Notes under the pieces: generated by a model | Database searches by the model: none | Seen by the model: the letters and a program-made list of their open reading frames with translations, nothing else | Told to the model about the DNA's origin: nothing | Made by a program: the position numbers and the translations under genes | In this document: in pieces, positions 40,320 through 54,177 of the stretch | How the letters are laid out: the number at the start of each line of letters is the position of its first letter | Numbering within the stretch: position 1 is the first letter of the stretch | NCBI RefSeq assembly: GCF_037042905.1 | Contig: NC_087250.1 | Span: forward strand, 17,858,001 to 17,922,000 | Length of the DNA stretch: 64,000 nt | Source of the DNA: Lytechinus pictus | Taxonomy: Eukaryota | Direction of reading: 5' to 3'

Positions 40320-40787
40320 AATAACGTATTTTTGTTAATAATCATGTTTTCGGGAAGTAGTCCACTCGTAGATCACAATCACATGCAATAATAGCGCTCT
40401 TGTTTTAACATTATTTTTCCCCATTCATATTCTACATAATAGAGTATAGAGGGGCCTGTGGCGGCCATTTTGAATATCAATGAAATAAATATTTTGTCAA
40501 ATATCGTTGTTGTTTTTTCTTTCAGAGAGTACGGTATTTCATTCCTGCACCACAACTACAAGCATTTTATAGTCAATGTGTGGGCAATTTTAGGATTTTC
40601 ATGGTTAATTTGCATATTTTGGCGACCATACTAGATTTTGCCAATTTGCGGAAAATGCTCAAGGTTACAAAAGTGGCATAATTCAGATTCGGAATCACCA
40701 CTCGAATTGACAAGAAACCGTTAAAAACATTGTATATCTCAAAAAAAAAAAGTTCGACCCCTTCTATATGGAGCCTATCCTGGACTA
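40320..40787. mobile_element. Academ-like element end; upstream piece at about 38636-38757
   Basis: Ends CCTATCCTGGACTA (TAGTCCAGGA on minus); collinear with about 2910-3350. Confidence 0.55.
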
Positions 40788-41402
40788 TAACCCCGACTCC
40801 TGCTTGGTTTAATCTTGATTTAATCCGTTACATTGGAGGAGAAGATGGACTCAGTGCTTCCGCTTTTCAAAACGAAACTTTCTGGAATTTACTCTGAAAG
40901 TTCCTGGAATTTTACAAAATATCCTGGAATTTTCCAAATGTTCTCCAGTCTTCCATAAGATGATAATAATTTTTTTCTATACACAAACAAATGAAATAAA
41001 AGGCCAACTCAGTCATCGCCAGCGTCGTTATGAGCCTAAAGTTTTAAAGGGGGGAGGGGGTAATGGGCAAATATGACGTATCGGGCAAAATTTATTAAGA
41101 GTTGCGAGCAAAATTCGACATTTCAGTTATTAAGATCAAATTTTGTGATAGATTTTGACGTATTATTCAGTAAAATAGTATTATTCCCGGAAATGATAAC
41201 TTCTGGAGGACATTCCGGAATTATCCTGGAAAATAGCAGAAGGGAAGAATGGGGAGCAGAAGACGGGCTGTTGTTGGATGAATTGTCCATTGATACAGTG
41301 CTTGCACTTTTCAAAACGGAACTTCCTGGAATTTACTCTGAAAGTTCTTGGAATTTTCCGAATGTTCTCCAGTCTTCCATAACTTGTATAATTCTTTTCT
41401 AT

Positions 41403-41435
<33 letters not shown>

Positions 41436-41469
41436 CACGCCCTCACACACACACACACACACCCTTACT

Positions 41470-41990
41470 TGTAATGTGTTATTTGGGGACATTTTGTGTT
41501 TTACGGTTGTCTGGGGACCTATTTTCACACAACACACACGCGCTGGCAAGTGTACATTTTGGGGACGTTCTCCATATATGGTGTGTGTGTGAGGAGGGGA
41601 CATTCAGTCTTTTTACTATAGACTGGGGACATACTTACACACCAAAGACGCCATGAAAATAGTGTACTTTCTGGGGACCTGCTCCCACAATGTTGGGTGT
41701 TAAATGAGGACATCTAGTTTTTTAACGGTTGAAAGGAGACATAATTTCACACCAAACACATGAATCAAGTGTACATTCTGGGCACTTTCTCCATTAATGA
41801 TGTGTGTGTGAGGCGGGGACATTCAGCCTTTTTACCATAGATCGGGGACATAATTTCACACCAAACACACAATGAAAATAGCGTACGTTTCGGGGACCCC
41901 CTCCCGCGATGTCGGGTGTTAAATGGGGATATTTAGTTTTTTAACAGTTAAATGGAGACATAATTTCGCACAAAACACACATGAAACACG
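41470..41990. repeat. Diverged tandem subrepeats (GGGGACAT / TTTCACACCAAACAC)
   Basis: Duplicated block of about 240 bp. Confidence 0.6.
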
Positions 41991-42689
41991 AAATACACTA
42001 CGTACACCAAGACAGACAAATCAGTATCAATCTCTCACTTTCCCAGTGAAAACAAATGTTTTTCATTTAAAGTATGAATAAACTATGAAACAATGTGAAT
42101 CAAATGAAGGCAATCTGTTATCGGCCATTTGTGACCACATAATATAAAAGGAAAAAAAAAAAACTTAAAACAAATTAACATACAAACTTTTTCAAAACAA
42201 ATAAACTTTATTATATAATGAATAAAAGCATATCTAAATAAACAGGGGTAAAGGCCAGTTATCTGAAATGAAAAAAATATATATCTACATCTTTTTACGT
42301 ATTTCCTGAATTAACCAATTAAGATGACTTTTTAAACTGTGAAGTACAGCATACAAAACAAAATTTAAGAATATATCCAGCGCCATTCAGGTGGAGGCAT
42401 GACAGCATTTTTTTTAAATCCCTACTTGGTAGATACACCTATGGAACTTGAAAGTACAAGTGGAGCAAAAATAAAATACTTGCAATTTTAGATCAGAATA
42501 ACGAGTAGTAATCAAACCCATCAGATCCATCTTTTGAAATAACCGTTTGATAGTAATATCTTTTTCAAATGTAACATAATGATAGCTCTCTATCTTAAAG
42601 AAACACACAAAAATAAGATATTCATGATACTACCTAGCTTTTTGTCTACTCGTACTATCGCTAATGCAAAATCACCGTCATGACTAAAG

Positions 42690-43085
42690 CATAGGCATTG
42701 TATATTGGAAGTATTATCCGATTTTTAACAGTAATAAAATAAAAGCTTTGGAACATTGCAGTATTGCTTGTCTCTGTGTATATTTTTTTTTTCAAAGTCA
42801 AAACATCATAATCAGAGCTTATAAGCAACGTATACCGATAATGTTATCTGATTATGATCAGTGATAAAGTAAAGATATTGGAACATTTTAACATTGTCTC
42901 TCTGTATATAATTATTCTTTAAAGTCAAAACATTATAATCAAAGCTTATATCAAAGTATTGTATACTGAAATTGTTATCTGATTTTCAACATTAGTAAAA
43001 TGAAAGATGTTGAGACATTTTAACATTGTTTGTGTCTGAGTATATGATTTTTCTTTGAAGTCCAAATATTATAATCAAAGCTTGC
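42690..43085. repeat. Diverged tandem repeat, about 125-bp unit, 3 copies
   Basis: Recurring TTATCTGATT, AAAGTCAAAACATTATAATCAAAGCTT. Confidence 0.7.
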
Positions 43086-44520
43086 CCACTTTCGACATAT
43101 TTATTTATCATTGTTGCAGAGGTTTTAGCTCAGAAAATAATCAAATACAAGGGATCAAAATTCTACATAGATTGAACGATAGATATACGTATCTTGCAAT
43201 ATGCAGACGATAAACCATTTTTCTATACAATGCATTGAAAAAAAAATGAAAGAAGTCGAGACATTTGAAAAATATGCTGGGCCAAAAATTAATTGGAGTA
43301 AATCAAATCTAATGAAAATGAATATAAGCAACAATGAAACTAACAATCATCTTTTTACTGAAGATCCTATAAAATGAATATTTTTTTCCAACAAAAACAC
43401 CAAGACAAGTTTCCAAAAAACAGTTACCACTTGACAGTTAAAAAGAATATGAATACTGGTTTCTTGAACTTTACAAATATTACATAAAATAATTTTCCAT
43501 TTGCAAAGATTGTCTTTACTTGGTAGTATTTAATTTAAAATTAAATTGTTTAATCCTGTTGTTTATAAAATTAAGTTTAAACTATAATAATGGCTCTCAA
43601 TTAAATTCAAGAGGCAAGCTAAAGAAATCGTTCCAAAAATGAATACAAGGGAGGTTTTCTCCTTTTTCGATCATCAAGTGATATAAATGTCTTGCTTTCA
43701 TGCCATTTATATCTATACAATCACCTGTTGATATTTCAATAGTGCTGGATTTCAATGACATACTATTTACCTTTCATGCACTATTACGTAATTTATCGAT
43801 TTTTTTATTTTCACCAATCCAAAGGTAGAAAGTAATTATCTTTCTTTTAAAATAGTGCATATTGAATCAATCTTCTTCCATTCGCCACCTGTTAGGATTT
43901 GTTTAAATTTCAAAATATTGTTTTTTTATCCAGTTAGGAAAATATAATACATTTTGTTTATACTTTATGTTACTATTGTACCAAATAATTTCGTTTTCAA
44001 TATTCGTTACTTTAAACATATCAATGTATTTTGAATCAGCCCATGAACAGAACATGTCAATATAAATTATGGGCAAATATTTCTTTCATACAAATACGAT
44101 GAATATCACTCTTTTTGCAATTCAAAGTCAAGCAACGAGGGAAATCCCCGCCGATCTTCTGAGTCCAATATTCAAACAGGGTTTTCCAAGCACTGTCTTC
44201 ACCTGTCAAATATTCATTGATCCATGAGAGACGTAGTGATCGACATTTTGTCTTTAAGTCAACCACTCCTAACCCCCCTTCTTTTACAGGATTATGACAC
44301 TGACACACATTACGTTTCATCATTCCTTTTTTTGGAATTCCACAAAAAAATAATTTCATTTATGTCTTTGATTATTTAAGAAGGGATTGGTACTGCCGTA
44401 GCAGTATGTGCTATCTGTGACATTACTAAAAAAATTATTTCCACCACTTTTCCATGTAATGATGACTTTCTCATTTTCAATGAGTCAAGTGTATTCTTTA
44501 TTTTTTGAACTTCTATTTCT
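43080..44520. mobile_element. L1/Tx1-type RT fragment with an internal inversion
   Basis: Plus strand about 43080-43385: CPLSTYLFIIVAEVL, QYADD, KINWSKS; minus strand about 44520-43400: KEGGLGVVDLKTKCRSLRLSWI. Confidence 0.75.
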
Positions 44521-44929
44521 TACATATGAAAGTATACAAGTCATTTGAAGAGAAAATAATTATTCTTTAATCATTTTACACAGAGCTCCTACACTATATG
44601 CGCTCAATTACTAAACTTTACATTTGCAACATTGAAAGAAAAAATAACCGAAACCAAAAAAGTGCCAGAATTTTATGAAATATATTACAATTGCTGTAGC
44701 ACGAAAAAATATATGCTTAAAATGCATTCTTGCAGGACTTCAGTGCCTACATTATAACTTATGACAAATGACTCATCATGACAAAACATTCAAAATAATG
44801 CAACAGAAATTGAATTTATAAAGGCTAGAAAGTCAGATTCTGAGAAACTAATGCTATACAACTTTCTTAGATTTAGAAAGAGTAACCTGAAACATGACCT
44901 CGGTGTATACATATATATATATATATATA

Positions 44930-45035
44930 TTGTGAAAGAAATGGATGAAGAGAACATTCTCTTCATCCATTTCTTTCACAAAATATTTAAACAAAAGAGT
45001 TGCCAAAGCTGTTGTGCATGTATAATGTCACACAT
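44930..45035. mobile_element. Collapsed miniature relative of the 57482-58587 element, within (TA)n
   Basis: 25-bp perfect hairpin TTGTGAAAGAAATGGATGAAGAGAA plus a tail of about 55 nt homologous to the unit terminus. Confidence 0.75.
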
Positions 45036-45055
45036 TATATATATATATATATACA

Positions 45056-45114
<59 letters not shown>

Positions 45115-45132
45115 AAACATACATATATATAA

Positions 45133-45898
45133 AGAGCTCACTTGCAAAAGGGGCTAGGTCCATTTTTTTTATCAAATTTGAATTTTTTTAGTCTCAATGT
45201 ATAGATTTTTAGTAGCTCTATAAGATGATACCAAAGAAAAGTTGAAATTCTCATTAAAAAGTGATCTAAAATGGCAAAGAAAAATCACTTTTCTTCTAAA
45301 GGAGTTAGGTCCATTTCAGTTTGGTTGCAATAGGGGTTAGGTCCACACAGTCTTTTTTTTGGAAAAGAATATTTCAAAAATATGAAGACAGGTAGATTTC
45401 TTTTACACCCAATTTTATGTTCTCATGGTAGGGTATCATGAAAATTTAGTTTCGTATAAGAATATTGCATTATCGGAGAAAAAATAAATGATTTTCTTGG
45501 AGTGGACCTAACCCCTTTTGAAAACAAACTATTCTGAAGAGCTAATTTTTCAAAATGGGTTAGGTCCATTGTTCATGATTTTTTAATTGTTTTCTGTCTC
45601 AAAACCTCTAATTTTTTAGTCATTCTGATGAAAACAACGAAAATTTGAAATTCGCATGAAAACGTGAATAAAAATGGCAAAGAAAAATCACTTTTTTAAT
45701 CAAAATAGATTGGATTCATTTCAGTTTAGTTGCAAAAGGGGTTAGGTCCACGATGATACTTTTTAAAAGAACATATATAAAAAAACTGAAGACAGGTAGA
45801 TTAGTTTCTCATAAGAGTATTGCAGTGAGAATAAAAAACATGTTTTTTTCTCAGAATGGTAAAATGTGGACCTAACCCCTTTTGCAACTAAACTATTC
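45133..45898. mobile_element. MITE-like dimer with AAAAGGGGTTAGGTCCA subrepeats
   Basis: Motif repeated directly and inverted; terminal TTGCAAAAGGGG.TAGGTCC inverted pair. Confidence 0.55.
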
Positions 45899-46426
45899 AT
45901 ATGTAAAACATTACGACTAGTAAGGAGTTGACTATTATATTGCAGACCCTTCATGATAGATGCCTGTATGCATATACAGTTCTAGAAAATTCACTGACAC
46001 TTCAATACATACAACATTGGTCAATGTATACTCATATTGTATATAATTATTAATAGTTAAAGTGTTATCATGCAATCACTTCAATCACAGAATGACAGCA
46101 GTATCGAGTCTGTTATTGCATCAATTGAGATAACAAACAGCCCTCTTTACGAAGAGAAAACACAAACAACATAACTGTATCCTAAAGGAATAACTATTTC
46201 AGAAAATCATCAATACGGATAATGCACACCTATGTATAAAATACCATCAAGGGGAGAATATGAAAATATCTATCAAACGAATTGACCATATAGTAACTAT
46301 AGATGAGATATAAAACAGAATTGATTGAACAATAAGATGTACCACATCCTTGAGAGATATAATTTATTTTCTGTCATTTCAAAATTAGTTAATTTCTTGT
46401 TTTATTGTTGTAGTGTTTTATTGTAT

Positions 46427-49400
46427 TGTAGTATTTTCCTAATTTCATCCTACTTCATTTCTCAACTTTGCCTTCTATTACTCATCAGCTTTGAGAGGAC
46501 ATTGGATACCAGTTACTTCCACTCCTTAGCAATAAACAAGTGGTAAATAACGACCCTCCGCACAGCACACTCACCTGTGACTCACTATAAATTCTATGAA
46601 TTGGTACCTCTCTCTCCCCTCTCTCTTTGTTTACATCCTACATCTCATTTGGGATGAAAACTACAACTTTCTTTTCGGACACTTCTCAAAGTTTTCTTCT
46701 TCAGTAAACACGTGTTTTGAGAACGTCGTCAAATAACTTAATACATTTGTGGATTCCAGCATCTCACTTGGAGCAAAATCATCCATTGCATCTTCCACAG
46801 CATATCATTTCAAATTTGCGTACTACCCTTTTTTCTCCGTCATTTTCACTAAGATAAAATCCATATACCGCTTGTGCTAGCCAAGTTATTTTTTGTGATA
46901 TAATCTTGTTTGGTTTTGTGTCATTGGGATTGTGCAATAATTGGAACACTTTGTTATATTGGAGGATTGTCTGTCGGATCTCTACACGCATAAAGTCGGT
47001 AAGTGGAGATTGGCTTATTACCATTTCATCTTATAAACCAACCCCGCTTCACTGGTGACCCCGACGTGATCTAAACCCGACCAACGTGATGAGAACAGTC
47101 ATCCTTCGTCAAATAATGTTCTAATTATTATCTCCCTTTCTTCTAATTTCATTGTCGACTCACTTACATTCTTCAATATGTCGACTTGCAATCAAAATCA
47201 CACTTTCTCGCAACCAACTACTAGTACTGGTACTTCTATTCAAGATTTAAGAGCAGAACTATCAAAACTTACAATTGCTATCGACGCATATCGTCAACGT
47301 CAAGCTCGTCACAATAATCATTCTCCCTCACATCAACATGCCGGAGATTATTGTTATTATCATTGGCGATTTGGTACAAAATCTCACAAATGTGTACCAC
47401 CTTGCAAATTCAAAAAGGCTTCAAACAAACAGGACACCAACAAACCGAAGCTAGCAACAACCAACCAATCTTCCGCACAATCAAAAAGTCGCCTTTTCTA
47501 CATCACAGATAGGAAAACTGGAATTCGTTTTTTGGTCGACACAGGAGCTGATGTTAGAGTTCGTCCTCCATCAAAAGCCGAAAAACATCATCCTTCATCA
47601 AAATTCTATCTACAAGCAGTTAATCGCTCAAGCATTTCGACTTATGGAGAACGAAGCCTGACTCTCGACGTTGGCCTGCGTCGAGCTTGCAGATGGATTT
47701 TCATCATTGCTGATATTCCTATTCCTATCATCGGGGCAGACTTCCTTTTGGTTTTCTTGTTGATGTGCGCAATCTCAAGCTCATCGACTCTTCTACCAAT
47801 CTATCTATTACTGGCATCCTTTCTTCATCTCCTTCTATCAGTCCTATGTTTCTGAAGCCAGAAAATCAAGCTGCCTACAAATCTATCCTTGACAAATTTC
47901 CTGACATCACACGCCCTGTGTATAAGGAGGCTGAGATCAAGCACTTCGTCGCCCATCACATTGTGACGAAAGGCCCTCCTGTTTCATCCCGTCCTCGTCG
48001 CCTAGCAACCGATAGGTACAATATCGCGAAGGCAGAATTCAACCATATGCTGGAACTAGGCATCATTCAACCGCCTAGCAGCAACTGGGCATCCCCACTT
48101 CATATGGTGCCCAAGAAAACACCCGGAGACTGGAGACCGTGTGGAGACTATCGTACACTAAATAGGAATACAGTGCCCGACAAATATCCCATTCCCCATC
48201 TCCAAGACTTTACATCTGCCCTAGCAGGCAAGCGAGTTTTCTCAAAACTCGATCTCGTACGAGCATATCATCAGATTCCTGTCGATCCAGCAGATGTAAA
48301 CAAAACAGCTATCACCACACCCTTTGGGTTATTTGAGTTTGTACGCATGCCTTTTGGGTCACGCAATGCCGCACAAACTTTTCAACGATTCATTGATGAA
48401 GTAACCCGTGGTCTTCCATTTGTGTACGCCTACATCGATCTGCTCATCGCTAGCGGATATGAAGAGAAGCACAAGCAACATCTCCAGCTACTTTTCGCTC
48501 GACTCTCGAAATATGGCGTCGTCATCAACCCAGCCAAGTGTGAATTCGGCGCATCTTCTCTCACCTTTCTCGGACACATTGTTGATGAGAACGGCATCCG
48601 CCCTCTTCCCGAGAAAGTCAAAGTCATCAACAATTTCCCTGTTCCTGATTCTCTTCGCAAACTCAGAAAATTTCTAGGACTAGTCAATTTCTATCGTCGC
48701 TTCATTACTGATTGTGCAACTTTCACTTAATCACTCACCGATCTATTGGCATGCAAGCAGAAAAACAAAGCAATCCATCTCGACGATGCAGCCCTCAATG
48801 CATTCAACTCAGTGAAAACAGCTCTCGCTCAAGCTACTCTCCTTTCACACCCAAAACCTAATGCCCCACTCTGCAATATGGTTGATGCATCAGATGTTGC
48901 TGTTGGAGTTGTGTTGCAGCAACACATTGACGATGACTGGCAACCCATCGCCTTCTTCTCAAAACGCCTGCAGCCAGCTGAGACAAGATATAGCACATTC
49001 GGTCGTGAACTTCTCTCTGTGTATCTCAATATTCGTCACTTCAGACATGCACTTAAAGGACGACATTCTTCATCTATACTGATCACAAACCTCTCACTCA
49101 TGCCTTTAATGCTAGACCTGACAAGTATTCACCACGTGAAGTCAGACACCTAGACTACATATCTCAAATCAGCACAGATATAAGGCATATAAGTGGAAAA
49201 CACAATGTAGTGGCAGACACTCTATCTCGCATGGAAATCAACTCCATCACTTCAACTCCTACCATTGATTTCAATGCCATTGCCGCTGCCCAGGAGGATG
49301 ACGAGGAACTCAAGCAACTCACTTCAACCTCGCTCAAACTTGAACCTCTACCTCTTCCTACTTCTGACTCTACTATCCTATGCGACACTTCAACTACCAA

Positions 49401-51337
49401 TCCTCGCCCTTACATCCCATCTGAATTCCGACGAGTTGTATTTGATGCTCTTCACAACCTATCTCACCCTGGCATCAATGCTACCCAAAAACTCATAACA
49501 GACAGATTTGTTTGGCCTGGAATTAACAAAGATGTTCGAAATTGGACCAAAACTTGCATACAGTGTCAACGTTGTAAAGTACACCCTCACACCAAGACAC
49601 CGATAGGTACTTTTTCAACACCTGATGCTAGATTCGATCACATTCATATCGATCTGGTGGGACCACTTCCTCCTTCAAATGGCAATACATATCTTCTCAC
49701 ATGTGTTGACCGTTTCACCAGATGGCCTGAGGCAATACCAATTCCTGACATATCAGCTGAGACTGTTGCCCGAGCATTCATTTCACACTGGGTATCTCGC
49801 TTCGGTGCTCCCTCAACCATCACTACCGATAGAGGTCGGCAATTCGAATCTTCCCTCTTTCGAGCTCTAACTCATTTTCTTGGTAGCTCTAGAATTCGAA
49901 CTACATCTTTTCATCCTGTTTCAAATGGACTGGATGAGCGCTTTCATCGGCAACTTAAAGCGTCACTCAAAACTACCCCTTCTTCACGATGGACTGAAAC
50001 TCTCCCTCTCGTCATGCTTGGAATTCGAACTGCAGTCAAATCTGATTTGGGATGTTGCGCTGCTGAGCTTGTTTATGGAACAACTTTAAGATTGCCAGGT
50101 CAGTTTGTAGCACCTAATCAGAATGATTGTGATTTGGACCCTAGCAACTACATCCATCGACTGATAAAACAAATGGAGAACCTGAAACCTCAGCCCACTC
50201 GTGTTCCACATCGCAAACCACAAGTCCACCCTGATCTCACATCATGCACCCATGTCTTTGTGCGTCATATGATGCTGTCAAGAAACCCCTTCAACCACCC
50301 TATGATGGCCCATATCAAGTCATCAAGCGAGCTAATAAGTATTTCACCATCCTACTCAAAGGAAAACATGCATGAAACTATCAGTCTCGACCGTCTGAAA
50401 CCAGCATATTTGGAACCACCCATTTCACCAACCATTCCAACCACTGTTCAACCGAGCCTATCTACTCCTGACAATCCTAAACCTTCTTAAGTGACTACTA
50501 CACCAACCACTAAGCCTCCGCCTCCCTCCATCACTCCTTCTTCATCATCCACCAAGCCTGAACTCAGACAAACTCGTTCAGGTAGAAAGGTGCATTTTCC
50601 AAAGCGTTTTGTTCAAGTCTTTCATTTCAATTGAGAAATTATTTTCTTCATTTGGACTATTACTATTTTCTTTGTTATCGACCGTTTCATTTTATTCAAC
50701 GATCTAGGAGGGGGCTGATGTAGTATTTTCCAAATTTCATCCTACTTCATTTCTCAACTTTGCCTTCTATTACTCATCATCTTTGAGAGGACATTACCCA
50801 TGGATACCAGTTACTTCCACTCCTTAGCAATAAACATGCCAACAAGTGGTCAATAGCGACCCTCAGCACAGCACACTCACCTGTGACTCACTATAAATTC
50901 TCTGAATTGGTACCTCTCTGTCTCCCCTCTCATTTGGGATGAAAACTACAACTTTCTTTTCGGACACTTCTCAAAGTTTTCTTCTTCAGTAAACACGTGT
51001 TTTGAGAACGTCGTCAAATAACTTAATACATTTGTGGATTCCAGCATCTCACTTGGAGCAAATTCATCCATTGCATCTTCCACAGCATATCATTTCAAAT
51101 TTGCGTACTACCCTTTTTTCTCCGTAATTTTCACTAAGATAAAATCCATATACCGCTTGTGCTAGCCAAGTTATTTTTTGTGATATAATCTTGTGTGATT
51201 TTGTGTCATTGGGATTGTGCAATAATTGGAGCACTTTGTTATATTGGAGGATTGTCTGTCGGATCTCTACACGCATAAAGTCGGTAAAGTGAAGATTGGC
51301 TTATTACCATTTCATCTTATAAACCAACCCCGCTTCA
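46427..51337 (+). mobile_element. Decayed Ty3/Gypsy LTR retrotransposon, CsRn1/Kabuki-like
   Basis: LTRs 46427-47051 and 50719-51337 (several indels), 4-bp TSD GTAT, tRNA-Trp PBS TGGTGACCCCGACGTGAT at 47053-47070, PPT AGGAGGGGG before the 3' LTR, CHCC Gag motif. Confidence 0.93.
47178..50490 (+). pseudogene. gag-pol: Disrupted gag-pol (CHCC, PR, RT, RH, IN)
   Basis: CYYHWRFGTKSHKCVPPC; LVDTGA; RT with YID-LL (one catalytic Asp lost); VDASD; HIDLVGP/TDRG/ERFH; split over four ORFs by frameshifts and a stop. Confidence 0.92.
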
Positions 51338-51385
51338 GTATTATAAAATTGTACAAGCCATTGATTTCCCTTTTACTGTTATCAT

Positions 51386-52549
51386 CAACGAACGTAGAGG
51401 GCAGCAACACACAAGCGTGTTGCTCTAAGGAAGGTCAACTCCGCTCGAATTTTGTGACCACTCTAAAAATAAGGTGGGGTTTTGGGAAATTTGTCGAGTT
51501 GATTTTTTTTCATTTGTTAATTTTAAATATTTTTTAATGAAAAATTATTAGATCGGTTATTCTGGGTATAAATATTAAAGATATAACTTTTATTTTTAAA
51601 GAAAATATTTTGCTTAAATAATCATGATTTTGACATTTTTCCTCATTTTGGAATATTAAGTCTATGACGAGGATACCTCATATCTCCTATTTTCTTCTGC
51701 TGAATTTCGCTGCACCACTAATAAATGCATAGACAACCACCGTAATAATCGAGGTCATTTTTCTGGGCTGGGTGCGCCGAGTCTGGGCCGGTCGCGCAGC
51801 TAGCTAGTGACGTTGATGATGCGCTGGGGCTTCAGGCGACTCGTCATAGACCTTCTAGCAACATAGACAATGACGTCCAATTTGCCTAGTCTGATTTGAA
51901 GTGCAATTGCTTCAGGGCTGATGTTTATCAACGATGATTGTTCAAGGTTAGATTTCAAATTTTTAATTTCATTCGACTTTTAAATCTATAAATCTGAAAT
52001 AAAGGCGCTGTTTCCCCGAAATCCGGGTCTAGATTTTAACTTAGAGTCCGAGACTATGGACGGCGAAAAAACCCCATGCATCGGATGCATTGCATTGGCT
52101 GCGCGCTGTGATGATGGGTTCAGCGAAGAGCTCAGAGAAAATAAGGTGGTCATATTCAATCCCGAAATGCTTTGCGAGTGGTCACAAAATCGTCTCGACG
52201 CAAATCACCTAATACAGCCGTCTGGTGAAATCGCTGATAACAACAATCACCGATTTGGTAATGATTTAGTTTCTAAAACTTATATTTGTAAAGTTTTAAA
52301 TATCAACGTATGTTTTTAAATGTATGTATATTCTCCAACATAATTTTTTAATGTTATCTTTGATATCGTTGTAGTCATATTCTTTTATATTGTTTTCGTG
52401 ATCGCTACTAATTTGTTGTTGTATTGGATCGGCGTATGATTTCGTTGGCATAAATGATAAAATATGCGCGTACCTCAGCTGCATGCGCGTATCGAGTTGA
52501 CCTTCCTTAGAGCAACACGCTTGTGTGTTGCTGCCCTCTACGTTCGTTG
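51386..52549. mobile_element. Non-autonomous DNA transposon, P- or hAT-like
   Basis: Perfect 56-bp TIRs beginning CAACGAACGTAGAGGGC; perfect 8-bp TSD GTTATCAT. Confidence 0.9.
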
Positions 52550-53298
52550 GTTATCATTTTTCGTTTTATGTTACTTTTCTTAATTTATACGCATTGTTGA
52601 GCTATGTTTGGCCCCCTGGTGTTAAGCTCTATGCTTTTCAAGGGGCTCACATATTAATGATCAGTGCTTGATTAAATTGTACACTTATGTGTTATGAAGA
52701 TGGAATAAATGAAATGAAGTAATATTGAAATTCTAACATTGTGTGTACTACGCTGGAGATTATGTCTGTCAAAGATAACACTTTTGGCGCAGAAAGTTCT
52801 AGTCAACATCATATTAAATATTATTTATATTTGCAGCTATAAAAAAAATCACTCACCCTCTCTATACACCTACATGGTACTCTCTATCATGTGGTAGTTG
52901 AAATGTGTACTTCCTTTCAATCCAAAAGTCACATATTTCTAAATACTTGTAGAATGGTTGGTGTCCATTTAATAGAAAAAACTATATACAGTTCATTTAA
53001 CCCTACAAGAACAAGAACATTTAATCATGACATTACTGTCATGCACATTTTACAAATCTAAAAAGACGTACTTACCCCTGTATGCTTAGGAAAGAGTAGG
53101 TATAATTTTCAATCTACTCACTAAAGGCGCTCTTTTAAAAGTCTTGAAAATACGTACCTAAAATGCAGTAACGAAACGAGCTGAATATTATTGTGTATTA
53201 TAGTGTATACAAGACCTTTCCTTTTAGTTACTACTTCAGAAGACATGGATGATTCCAATGAACTTATATTTGAGCCGATGAGGATCAACTATTCTTAA

Positions 53299-53879
53299 AG
53301 GACAAGTCCACCCCAACAAAAACTTGATTTGAATAAAAAGAGAAAAATTCAACAAGCATAACACTGAAAATTTCATCAAAATCGGATGTAAAATAAGAAA
53401 GTTATGGCATTCTAAAGTATCGCTTCATTTCACAAAACAGTTATATGCACATCTCGGTCGGTATGCAAATGAGGAACTGATGACATCACTCACTATTTCT
53501 TTTGTATTTTATTTTATGAGATTTTTATTTTCTCGTTATTGTCATGTGAAATGAAGTTTCGTTCCTCCCTGAACACGTGGAATTCAATTATTTTAACATT
53601 TTGTGCTTCAGGCAAGGAGGTCCTAATCGTCAAATTCGTAAAAATTGAAATATTGTATAATTCAAACTATAAAAAAATAAATGGTGAGTGACATCATCGA
53701 CTCTCTCATTTGGATGTAACTGGCTCGTTCATATAACTATTTTGTAAAAAATAAGTGAAATTTTGAAATGTCATAACTTTCTTATTTTACATCCGATTTT
53801 GATGAAATTTTCAGCATTGTGCTTGTCTGATTTTTCTCTATTGATTCAAATCAACATTTTTCTGAGGAGGACTTGACCT
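53299..53879. mobile_element. Kolobok-like MITE at the start of the host gene 3' UTR
   Basis: TTAA TSD (53295-53298, 53880-53883), AGG...CCT termini, same family as 39023-39622. Confidence 0.85.
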
Positions 53880-54177
53880 TTAAGTGTCGTGAAATATGAA
53901 TTTAGCTTCATTTCTTAACCCAACGGTCTCCAAAGCAAGTTGAAGTTTCTTAACCTGTTCACTAGGTCGGACGCGCTTTCTCCAGTCTTGAAGCATCTCT
54001 TTAAGACCTGCATTTGAGGCAATACTTGCAGAAGAGTCTGCTCTGGAAAGATACTTGCTGACCATCGAGTGGGAGAAACCTAGCTGGTAACCAAGCTCAC
54101 TTGCATCCTTTATGCCATAGACTAAACCAGTCAACACCTGTATCACGTCGTTCGAAACGAACCTCAATCGGCCTCTT
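53880..54177 (-). CDS. Last coding exon, C-terminal death domain, with TAA stop
   Basis: CATTCAG acceptor, phase 2; ASELGYQLGFSHSMVSKY...LKEMLQDWRKRV...LQLALETVGLRNEA is death-domain-like. Confidence 0.85.

Noticed and set aside
46779..51276. Duplicated minus-strand ORFs (46779..47024 and 51064..51276)
   Set aside because: They lie inside the two LTRs; no coding evidence
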